Positions 1 to 7,725 of a DNA stretch of 64,000 nucleotides are shown one piece after another; position 1 is the stretch's first letter, and every line of letters begins with the position of its first letter. The stretch covers positions 8,041-72,040 of the forward strand of contig CAZURG010000002.1 in NCBI GenBank assembly GCA_964623645.1, written 5' to 3'. Made by a program: the position numbers and the translations under genes. The stretch comes from an uncultured Gammaproteobacteria bacterium. Its GTDB lineage: Bacteria > Patescibacteriota > Patescibacteriia > 2-12-FULL-60-25. Under the pieces are notes generated by a model that did not search any database, was not told the origin of the DNA, and saw only the letters and a list, made by a program, of their open reading frames with translations.

Positions 1-1632
1 GTTCGTAAAAGTATGAATTGTCTCTCTAAAATACTCGATTATTGCTGGATATTTTACATATAGATAGGCAATCGCAAGTATATCTGAGAAACGAATGGAT
101 CTTATACGTGTCTGTTGTGAGTTCGCATATACGAACCTGCTTAGAATAAAACGCAGTTGATTGATTGTTCTATGTATAACACGCGGACTTTCTTTTATGA
201 GATATTCTGAAAACAAATGACTATATGCTTCAACGTGACTAGTCAAAAGCCCTTCTTCGGGATTTTTCCCGTGGGTGTAATTTGCAGGGTTGGGAATAAA
301 GTTCGAAGTACCAGTTTCGAGGGATTTCTGAGCGTCATTTTCTGAAAAATGAAATTCTTGAAACACGTTTCCAACTTGCTCAGCGATATACTCAGCTTTT
401 TTATCGACCGGGACGGGCGGAAGGTGGAACACGATGTCGATATTTTTTGGATCATTAAAAAGGTAGCTATTGATTAACTCCGCTTCTTCATTATGATTGC
501 TATTCCGAATGCGCTCCTGAAGCTCTCTAGGTGCGATACTTAAGATAAACGTAACGTAGATAGGTATGCCTTTTACGGCCAAATGTTTGATGCGCTCTAT
601 TATTTCGATAACGCGATATATTTCTGAGAATTTTGCTCTTTCGATTTCGTCTATAGTGATGATCCACTGATTTTCTTCAAACTCTGAAATGTTACCAAAG
701 TACTCAGCTACGTCGGACTGCGCATAGATCGTTGTGTCTGTACTGCCTTGTGGTTTTGCTTTCAATACTGTTGGAAATATTGATAGCTTCGATATTTGCG
801 AAAGAAGTTTTGACAAAATCCCGCCAAATTTTACTTCTTGAAGAGCACCATACAAAAAAGATCTGCTGGCTTCCTTCGCTGGAAGGATCTTCGGATAGCG
901 AGCTTGAATGGTATCCATCCATCTATTTGCAAAAAGTCGAGAAAAGTCACCCGCTTCATTTGTTTCAGTGAGAGATATGTGTGTATAGAGGGTCTTGTTA
1001 GCTTCCATTTCCTCTATAAGCATACGTACAAATGAAGACTTCCCGGAACCCAAGTCCCCATATACCGCTGAAACTGTTACCGGCGAATGTTTACTGGACG
1101 CAAGTTCAAGTATTTTCTCACGTACTTTTTCAGACGAGGATGAGAAGCCAAGTGCGTCATCCTTTTTTCCTACTGCTCCGGGAGAAAAGATGGCGTCTTT
1201 GAAAGAGTAGGCCTTCTTTCCCCAGTATTTGTATGCTGTTGAATGGAGTATCAATCCAAATACTGGATAGAGTAACGGCCAGGGACTAAATCCAAATCCC
1301 ATTAGAGATAAGATAATCTCTTTCCAGACGGGTACTAATAGAAAACTGTAAAATACATAGATGATCCAGGATGGATGTTGTCTTGATATCTGCGTTCGAA
1401 CTAGATCTTTTAATAGCGAGCTTCCCTTAGTTAAAGCAATCCATAAAATTGTAAGTAAAAACAAAACGAACCAAATGCCGCTGACACGACTGAAAAGAAA
1501 GCGCCAGAAGAAGTGATTAAAAAACCAATTGGTAAAAATGGCTAAACCTAGGCTAAGAATTGCCAGGGTCAACCAAAATTTTCCTGATGTGCGAACTCGT
1601 CCAATTTTAAATCCAAACATCTCATTTTCCAT
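1..1632 (-). CDS. KAP-family P-loop NTPase with an N-terminal 4-helix membrane anchor (3' end runs off the window)
   Basis: From my own reverse-strand translation. It is absent from the ORF track because its stop lies left of position 1. ATG at 1632 (alternative 1620) is preceded by an in-frame TAA. About four hydrophobic helices are followed by Walker A VYGDLGSGKSSF (~1036-1071) and Walker B NQWIITIDEIERAK (~631-672). This is the G-x-GSGKS and hhhhDE-x-x-R pattern of KAP NTPases. Confidence 0.7.
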   Translation of the reverse strand, partial: MENEMFGFKIGRVRTSGKFWLTLAILSLGLAIFTNWFFNHFFWRFLFSRVSGIWFVLFLLTILWIALTKGSSLLKDLVRTQISRQHPSWIIYVFYSFLLVPVWKEIILSLMGFGFSPWPLLYPVFGLILHSTAYKYWGKKAYSFKDAIFSPGAVGKKDDALGFSSSSEKVREKILELASSKHSPVTVSAVYGDLGSGKSSFVRMLIEEMEANKTLYTHISLTETNEAGDFSRLFANRWMDTIQARYPKILPAKEASRSFLYGALQEVKFGGILSKLLSQISKLSIFPTVLKAKPQGSTDTTIYAQSDVAEYFGNISEFEENQWIITIDEIERAKFSEIYRVIEIIERIKHLAVKGIPIYVTFILSIAPRELQERIRNSNHNEEAELINSYLFNDPKNIDIVFHLPPVPVDKKAEYIAEQVGNVFQEFHFSENDAQKSLETGTSNFIPNPANYTHGKNPEEGLLTSHVEAYSHLFSEYLIKESPRVIHRTINQLRFILSRFVYANSQQTRIRSIRFSDILAIAYLYVKYPAIIEYFRETIHTFTN

Positions 1633-1859
1633 AGCTTCAAACAGGCTATATCGATCGCATTATATACGCAATAAGCCTTCATTAAGCCCAAAGCTTCACT
1701 TTTAAGGGCTTCTAAGTTACCCTTATGACGTCTAGGTTCGAGTGTTAGAAACCCCAGTAGCAGGGCTAGCTTTGCTATATCAGGAGTCATTGACGCGCCG
1801 TAATGGGCACTCCTGATAAAACAAGCGCCAGAGACTCCGGTTTCTGACACTTGGGCCTA

Positions 1860-1887
1860 GACACCTCAGGGGTGTCCTTTTGTATTT
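1860..1887 (+). terminator. Rho-independent-like hairpin at the end of the 1633-1926 spacer
   Basis: gacacc-tcagg-ggtgtc followed by cttttgtattt on the + strand. No + strand CDS lies upstream, so it may close a leader or small RNA (see findings). Confidence 0.4.
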
Positions 1888-1926
1888 AGGCTTTCCTGAG
1901 TTTTACTCATTTGTCAGTAACTCTCT

Positions 1927-2511
1927 ATGGTCGTGGATTCAAAGACAGTAGGTTCATATCTAAAGAATAATAAAGTATTGTTGGCCGGCGTGTTGATTGC
2001 GCTCGCCCTCTCTTTCTATGGCGGGATGCGGTATCAGCAATACCGGTTCCAAAAAGCCGTGACGAGTGCGTTCGGCGAGCTCGGCAAAGCATTTGGCGAA
2101 GGCTTATCTGGTACTGGCTCAAGCGTGAAAGCAAGTGACACCAAGCCTAAAGAGAATCCGCTTAATGCAAAAGTTACTGTTGAGCTCCAGGAAAAGACAT
2201 TCGTGCCGGATGACTATTTCAGTCAGATCTCATTCAAACTTAAGCTCACGAACAAGACTGATAAAGCAATGAAAGGCGTTCAAGGGAAGCTTGTCTTCAA
2301 AGACATCTTTGATAACGAAATCAAGTCGGTAGGGGTGAGCTACGACAAGGCGATCCCGGTCGGAGAATCCAGGGTCTGGGAAGGCTCGATCTACTACAGT
2401 GAATCGTCTGCGGACGACGTGAAGCTTAAAGAAGCTAAACTCGCCGACCTCAAGTACGCTTGGGACACGAATACGATCGTTTTCGAGGACGGAACCAAGG
2501 AGACGAATTAA
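1927..2511 (+). CDS. Membrane-anchored or secreted hypothetical protein
   Basis: 194-aa ORF. N-terminal anchor VLLAGVLIALALSFYGGMRYQQY, then a K/D/E-rich, beta-rich-looking domain. The anchor motif is shared with the CDS at 52821-53258. Confidence 0.6.
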   Translation: MVVDSKTVGSYLKNNKVLLAGVLIALALSFYGGMRYQQYRFQKAVTSAFGELGKAFGEGLSGTGSSVKASDTKPKENPLNAKVTVELQEKTFVPDDYFSQISFKLKLTNKTDKAMKGVQGKLVFKDIFDNEIKSVGVSYDKAIPVGESRVWEGSIYYSESSADDVKLKEAKLADLKYAWDTNTIVFEDGTKETN

Positions 2512-2532
2512 CTATTCGTCTTTTTTCCTACT

Positions 2533-3462
2533 ATGCCTCTCCTAAAAATCCAGAACGATGTCCTATCTCTGTTGGAAGAGACCGACATCGCGCTTGAGAA
2601 AGACCTGCAAGCTCTTACCGAGAAGAATCTCGGTACTGTATTCGGTCTCGACTTCGTTTCGACGGAGTTCGCTCTCCAAGGGCTCCGCCTCGATACCGTC
2701 GCCTTCGATCCGGAGACGCGTTCGTTCGTCATTATCGAGTACAAGCGTGACCGGAGCTTCAGCGTCATCGACCAGGGCTTCGCATATCTCGCGCTCCTCC
2801 TCAATAACAAGGCAGATTTCCTGCTTGAATATAACGAGAAGCGGGGAGCGAGCTTGAAACGTGAAGAGGTCGATTGGAGCCAGAGTCGCGTGCTCTTTCT
2901 CGCCCAAAGCTTCACGGCGCACCAGCTCCAGGCCATCAACTTCAAAGATTTGCCGATCGAACTCTGGGAAGTCACGAAGTATGGGAATGAACTCATCTCA
3001 TACCATCAGATCGAAGCCAAGCAGTTCAGTGAGTCCCTGAAGACCGTGACGAAGAGCGAAGTCGTCTCGTCCGTGAGTCGGGAAGTCCGCGTCTACTCGA
3101 CTGATGAGATCGTAGGGAAGGCCAAGGGGTCGGTTCGCGACCTTATGGAAGCGTTTCGCGTACGTATCCTCGAACTCGATGGGCGTTTCGAGGAGAAGGC
3201 GAACAGCCAGTATCTTGCCTTCAAGATCAACCGACGGAACGTGCTCGCACTCACTCCTATGAAGGACGTGTTGCTCTTGAGCTTCCCCCGTATCGAACCC
3301 AAAGACCTGAACGATCCGTTGAAGCGGCTCGAGTCACGCGGTTCGGAAGAGGTATACGGCCAGAAGCTCACGGACATGAGTATCAAGGACGAGCACGATA
3401 TCCCGTATGCGCTTGAACTCGTGCAGCAGGTGATCGCTCGTCAGGATTCTTCCGCTTCTTGA
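2533..3462 (+). CDS. PD-(D/E)xK (NucS/DUF91-like) nuclease-fold protein with a DUF5655-like C-terminal domain
   Basis: 309-aa ORF. LDTVAFDPETRSFVIIEYKRD gives the D...E-x-K core typical of endonuclease NucS-like N-terminal modules. The C-terminal half resembles DUF5655 as I recall it. Confidence 0.6.
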   Translation: MPLLKIQNDVLSLLEETDIALEKDLQALTEKNLGTVFGLDFVSTEFALQGLRLDTVAFDPETRSFVIIEYKRDRSFSVIDQGFAYLALLLNNKADFLLEYNEKRGASLKREEVDWSQSRVLFLAQSFTAHQLQAINFKDLPIELWEVTKYGNELISYHQIEAKQFSESLKTVTKSEVVSSVSREVRVYSTDEIVGKAKGSVRDLMEAFRVRILELDGRFEEKANSQYLAFKINRRNVLALTPMKDVLLLSFPRIEPKDLNDPLKRLESRGSEEVYGQKLTDMSIKDEHDIPYALELVQQVIARQDSSAS

Positions 3463-3995
3463 TCGTCATCGTCTAAATCGTCATTAAGCTCGTATTTCTC
3501 AAGGAGCTTCAGAGTCTTCGCATTAAGCATCTCGTATCTCCCTTTCTTCTTTCCCGCTGGTATATTTGCCGGAGGGGGAACATATCCGGGAAGCCGTTTC
3601 ATAGCTTCGTCCAGAAAATCGATTTCTGGTCCATCGGACGATGCCTCACGCATGCGCGAAGGAGGTTTGTATCTCTCCTTATTATGATTTAGCCAGTAGG
3701 TCGAGGATTTATGGTCGCCACGCTTGATCCCAGCGATAATGTTGTTTTCCGCGAGGTCGTTAACAGTATCGATACTGATCGCCATCGCTTCGTCGACCTT
3801 TGTTCGGTACCTGTCGTCCTCGCTCATCCACTTATAGTGTGTCGAGCGAGAGATCTTCACCTTGCTGCACGCCGCTTCGACGATCGGATACTTTGAAAGC
3901 AGCTCGATCATAAGCTTCTTTGCCTGGCGAGCCCGAAGACGCTCCGGTTTGCGACCGGGAGGAGGGGAATGAGGCAAAGAAGCTTCAGGAGGCAT
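3441..3995 (-). CDS. Phage-type HTH protein (terminase-small-subunit-like or phBC6A51-type HTH)
   Basis: 184 aa. IVEAACSKVKISRSTHYKWMSEDDRYRTKVDEA...NNIIAGIKRGDHKSSTYWLNHNKERYKP matches the HTH plus helical pattern of small terminase-like proteins. It has an acidic tail. Its start at 3995 lies 1 nt from the upstream stop at 3997. Confidence 0.5.
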   Translation of the reverse strand: MPPEASLPHSPPPGRKPERLRARQAKKLMIELLSKYPIVEAACSKVKISRSTHYKWMSEDDRYRTKVDEAMAISIDTVNDLAENNIIAGIKRGDHKSSTYWLNHNKERYKPPSRMREASSDGPEIDFLDEAMKRLPGYVPPPANIPAGKKKGRYEMLNAKTLKLLEKYELNDDLDDDDQEAEES

Positions 3996-3996
3996 A

Positions 3997-4773
3997 TTAA
4001 ATCTTCACGGCGCTGATCCCCGTGAGTGTTTCGTAGCGTGTGATGATGGTGCGGCAATACTCAGGATCGAGTTCGATCGTGTACGCGCGACGTTTCGTCT
4101 GCTCACACCCAATCAAAGTAGATCCCGATCCCCCAAAGGGATCGTAGACCACGTCACCAATCTTCGAGCTGTTTAGGAGAAGCATCCGCAAAAGGCCGAT
4201 CGGCTTCATCGTGGGATGGAGTTTGCTCTTGTGTGGTTTGGGGTAGATGAGGACACTTTTGTCCTTAGAGCGTTGGAAAAGATGTGTCCCGTGCCAGCCA
4301 TAGGTGACAAGTTCGTGTTGGGGAAGATAATCCATCCGACCGATGATCGAATGGGTCTTCACCCAGATGAGAAGCTGCGTGAACTTGAAGCCCGCTTCGA
4401 GCAGCCCTTCCCGTAAGCTAAAAATCATCTTGTCCGAGTTGAAGATGTAGTAGGCGTTCTTCTTCGTGAGATGTTCCTTTACGGCCAAGAGCCAGTCCCG
4501 AGTGAAAGCGCTGTATTCTGCATCACTCTGGGCATGGTCATTCAGAATCGTCTTCGGTTTCGAAAGATGGTCGGCGATGCCCATCTTCGAGCTGACGTAA
4601 TCGATGCCATATGGGGGATCGGTCAGAATGAGGCTTGGCTGTGCACCCGCAAGGAGCGTACGTACCAGCGTCCGGTCTTTAGCGTCCCCGCAAGCTAATC
4701 GATGTTCGCCGAGCTTGAAGATGTCTCCAGGATTAACCGAGAAGGATGGCTTTGGTTCCGGTGAGTTTTTCAT
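3997..4773 (-). CDS. DNA methyltransferase, N6-adenine/N4-cytosine (N6_N4_Mtase family)
   Basis: 258 aa. Catalytic motif ILTDPPYGIDY and AdoMet motif DPFGGSGSTLIGCEQ. The N-terminal LGEHRLACGDA is typical of phage/plasmid ParB-associated methylases. Confidence 0.85.
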   Translation of the reverse strand: MKNSPEPKPSFSVNPGDIFKLGEHRLACGDAKDRTLVRTLLAGAQPSLILTDPPYGIDYVSSKMGIADHLSKPKTILNDHAQSDAEYSAFTRDWLLAVKEHLTKKNAYYIFNSDKMIFSLREGLLEAGFKFTQLLIWVKTHSIIGRMDYLPQHELVTYGWHGTHLFQRSKDKSVLIYPKPHKSKLHPTMKPIGLLRMLLLNSSKIGDVVYDPFGGSGSTLIGCEQTKRRAYTIELDPEYCRTIITRYETLTGISAVKI

Positions 4774-6013
4774 ATCGAGAGATGATGAGGTCGCAAAAGA
4801 TCGGTTCGATTTCGACCGTGTAGCAGATACGCTTCATTTGCTCGCAGGCGATGAGTGTTGAGCCCGAACCAGCAAAGAGATCAAGGACGATGTCGCCGAC
4901 GCGTGTACACCGTTTGAGGGCCTTCTCATGTAACGTCGGACTCTTTTCTGTGGGATGGGAATAATCCTGTCCCGGAAGGCGCTTCACGAGCCAGATGTTG
5001 AAGAGTTCCTCGATGTCCTCGAGCGTACGGTTTCCGATCCCAACTTCTTTATTTAGGACTTCGTTCAGGTTCTTGATGTCCGGGGAAAGATATGGCTTCC
5101 CTCGAATCGCGTAGACGCACGGTTCGTAGGCTTTGTTGAAGGCCGTGCCAGGGGTAACGTTAAAATTGTTTTTAATCCATAGGCATGTACGTTTCTTATC
5201 CAGTCCATGCTCTTTGAAGAGACTCTGCACAATGCCGACGTAGTTCTCATCGCACCAGTAGAAGACGTGGGCGTCTGGTTCCGTGACGAGAAGGGCGTTC
5301 CGCAATGTCGCCGCAAGGAAAGAGCGGTAGTCGGATTCAGAGAGGCTGTCGTTCGTTTTACCGCCGTACTTGCCCTTGGTTGAGACTCCATCGGTATAGC
5401 TTAAGCCGATGTTGTAGGGTGCATCGCTGTAAATAATGTTCGCGAGCTTTGTTCCCATGAGCTTCTTTACGACGGGCTCATCCGTGGAGCTACCACAAAG
5501 TAACCGATGTTCACCAAGGGCGTAGAGCTCACCGGGTTTTGTTTTAGGTTCCGTAATCTTCGAGATCTCTTTCTCTACATCGAACCCGTCATCGTCCGTT
5601 TCGAGCGTATCATTCCAAATACTCCCTAAGTCATCGTTATCAAACCCGACCTCAAGAAGTAGGGAAGTGTCGAACTCTTTGAGAAGGTCGTAATTCCAGT
5701 CGCCCACGTTTTTATTCAAGCGGAGGTTGAGCTCACGCTCTTTATCTTCCGCGAGCGAGACGTACACGACCGGGACCTCGGTGAGACCAAGTTCCTTCGC
5801 GACCGTCCAGCGAAAGTGACCACCAATGATGATACCTTTGCGATCTGGATGGATGTTAACGATAAGCGGGTCGACGAAGCCGAAGCGTTCGATGCTTTCG
5901 CGTAAGTGGCTCTTCGCGGCGTCGTCCCAGGTACGGGGATTCCAGGGGCAGGGCTTCAGGCTGTTGATGGGAGCCTGGATGACCTTCAGGGAGGTGATAG
6001 GAATGTTTGTCAT
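4733..6013 (-). CDS. ParB-like nuclease domain fused to an N6/N4 DNA methyltransferase
   Basis: The track ORF is 4733-6079. I prefer the internal ATG at 6013 (MTNIPITSLKVI). ParB_N motif: IIIGGHFRWTVAKELGLTEVPVVYV. Methylase motifs: IIYSDAPYNIG and DLFAGSGSTLIACEQ. It overlaps the next methylase gene by 41 nt. Confidence 0.85.
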   Translation of the reverse strand: MTNIPITSLKVIQAPINSLKPCPWNPRTWDDAAKSHLRESIERFGFVDPLIVNIHPDRKGIIIGGHFRWTVAKELGLTEVPVVYVSLAEDKERELNLRLNKNVGDWNYDLLKEFDTSLLLEVGFDNDDLGSIWNDTLETDDDGFDVEKEISKITEPKTKPGELYALGEHRLLCGSSTDEPVVKKLMGTKLANIIYSDAPYNIGLSYTDGVSTKGKYGGKTNDSLSESDYRSFLAATLRNALLVTEPDAHVFYWCDENYVGIVQSLFKEHGLDKKRTCLWIKNNFNVTPGTAFNKAYEPCVYAIRGKPYLSPDIKNLNEVLNKEVGIGNRTLEDIEELFNIWLVKRLPGQDYSHPTEKSPTLHEKALKRCTRVGDIVLDLFAGSGSTLIACEQMKRICYTVEIEPIFCDLIISRYEKLTGTKAILLG

Positions 6014-6053
6014 ACGGAATGAAGAAGAATAAAAATGGAGCGGAAACAAAAAC

Positions 6054-6121
6054 GTGCCCACTCCGTAGAGAGGGCACAAAAATCAAAAAAAGACTTTATG
6101 AATTCTCTACGGAGTGGGCAC
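6054..6121. repeat. 17-bp perfect inverted repeat (gtgcccactccgtagag / ctctacggagtgggcac) with a 34-nt spacer, nested with a shorter hairpin
   Basis: The arms are at 6054-6070 and 6105-6121. An inner gtgccc/gggcac hairpin is at 6054-6077. On the minus strand the structure is followed by gtttttgtttcc. It therefore probably terminates the 6236-6709 gene and/or acts as an operator upstream of the methylase operon. Confidence 0.6.
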
Positions 6122-6235
6122 GACCGAGGCAAAGCCTCTTCGACGCGTTAGACGCGTCTCCTATCGATCAAAAGATCGAAATGAGTGATACACCACTGAT
6201 GGTATATGACGTGAAATGAACTTGTTATGAGTATA

Positions 6236-6709
6236 TCATTTTCGCTTTTTCTTTTGCAAGGCGTCGTATTGCTCGTTCCAGTCATTTCCAAAGAATATCG
6301 GTACCCCTCCTTTTGGTACACAGAGACGTACAGCTTTTCCCTGCGATCTCGCTTTTTCCATGATCTCTTTGATCGGTCCGAGGGGTAGTTCTATGGTTGA
6401 TTGCCCAGTAAGATCCATGTCGCTGAGCACATTGCCGTCCGCGTAAGCTTGAAGAGATTTCCCATTTCGCATCGACTTTTCTACGCCTCGAGCAAACGTG
6501 GTATCCCCTCGCATTTTGGTTGCGTGTAACACAGCGTACCTAAGTGTAATAGCGACCTCTTTATCGGTTTCAGAGATATAAAATTGATCAGTCGATCCAC
6601 TTTTATTAGGAATTTCGGCAATTTCATCTGTCATTGGTCCGTTTGTGGCTACGAACTCGATGGATTCGGCGATGAGGGGAGATTTTTGGCTTTTGGATTG
6701 ATTGCGCAT
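6236..6709 (-). CDS. Hypothetical protein (157 aa), downstream partner of the HEPN-like gene
   Basis: The ORF starts 46 nt downstream of the 6756-7625 stop on the same strand. I recognise no motif. Confidence 0.55.
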   Translation of the reverse strand: MRNQSKSQKSPLIAESIEFVATNGPMTDEIAEIPNKSGSTDQFYISETDKEVAITLRYAVLHATKMRGDTTFARGVEKSMRNGKSLQAYADGNVLSDMDLTGQSTIELPLGPIKEIMEKARSQGKAVRLCVPKGGVPIFFGNDWNEQYDALQKKKRK

Positions 6710-6755
6710 ATTTAAACCCTATAACAAGGGTGTTTATTTGAGTAGAGAGGTATTT

Positions 6756-7625
6756 CTAGATATGCACGTCGCTATTCTTCACGATAATCGCGCCATTATC
6801 GTGGACTATATTTTTGACGCAAGTAATTCTTTCTCCAAACTCATCCGAGTTACTTTTTTGGTTCTCTGCATGATCATTATTCCATCGTGTGATCATAATT
6901 CTCACTGCGCCATTAATTATTTCAAGCAGATCTTCCGGAGAAATAAAGATCCCTTGAAAATTCGTTTTTCTTTCGAGTTCGCGAGATTTTTCATTGAGCA
7001 AATCATCAGCGACGCAGACTTTATTCTGCACTGAAAAGAAGTGAGTTAGACAATTGCGCAGCTCCCTTAAGTCTTTTGTTGTTAAATGTCTCAAACGGTC
7101 GGGGTTTTTTTGACCCCACTTGTTGCTTTCGTGTAGGCAGAATCTATTCAAAAATGAATCAATCTCCTTTTTATTCATTGCAAATCCAATGATTTTTTCT
7201 TTGTCATATGTTTGTTTCTCGTAAGCCAGATTTAAACAGAATAGTGTATCTAAGTATGCAAATAATGCGACCACCTTAGATCGTGTAAATGGTTTTATCG
7301 TGGTATTTTCAAGAAAAGCAATGGGATTTTGAGATAGGGTGTGCTCGAAAGTGAGAGACTGTTCTTTCAGGACACTGAATGATTTCTCGATCAGCTTAAA
7401 TAGTTCTTTAAAATATGATCTGATATTCAACATCTTTCTATCGATCTCTAACATGCTCTTCACCTCTTTCTCTATTTCTTGCAAGAAAGAAATGATAGGG
7501 AGTAGATCGGGGGATATAACGACCTTATCTCCATCAAAGACAAAAAAAGTTGCTTCATTGAATACTGGAGCTTGTTCGGTATCGAGGTGTCCGGAAGATT
7601 GCTTTTTTGATGTTTGAGGAGCCAT
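6756..7625 (-). CDS. HEPN-like (Abi-type) protein with an RNxxxH motif
   Basis: 289 aa. DLRELRNCLTHFFS gives R-x4-H (codons at 7041-7058) in a helical C-terminal half. This resembles the Abi_2/HEPN families. Confidence 0.5.
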   Translation of the reverse strand: MAPQTSKKQSSGHLDTEQAPVFNEATFFVFDGDKVVISPDLLPIISFLQEIEKEVKSMLEIDRKMLNIRSYFKELFKLIEKSFSVLKEQSLTFEHTLSQNPIAFLENTTIKPFTRSKVVALFAYLDTLFCLNLAYEKQTYDKEKIIGFAMNKKEIDSFLNRFCLHESNKWGQKNPDRLRHLTTKDLRELRNCLTHFFSVQNKVCVADDLLNEKSRELERKTNFQGIFISPEDLLEIINGAVRIMITRWNNDHAENQKSNSDEFGERITCVKNIVHDNGAIIVKNSDVHI

Positions 7626-7725
7626 ATGAGTTGATAATAGGTAGAAATCGCCAAGTTATCAAACGATCCTTCTCTTCTACCTTTTCTAAACCGATGAGAT
7701 GCTAATATAGAATAAACTTTAACCT

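Noticed and set aside
1735-1765. tRNA-like ggttcgag T-loop string
   Set aside because: The flanking bases do not form a T-stem, acceptor stem or any cloverleaf. I found no tRNA gene anywhere in the window by eye.
1569-1850. 93-aa minus-strand ORF upstream of and overlapping the KAP gene start
   Set aside because: It has no motifs, it overlaps the KAP start by ~60 nt in another frame, and it coincides with strong hairpins. I kept it only as an alternative explanation in the spacer finding.
3441-6013. Calling the methylase operon a restriction-modification system
   Set aside because: No adjacent restriction endonuclease gene is present. The nearest nuclease-fold genes are on the other strand or separated by terminators, so the methylases are treated as orphan or phage-type.
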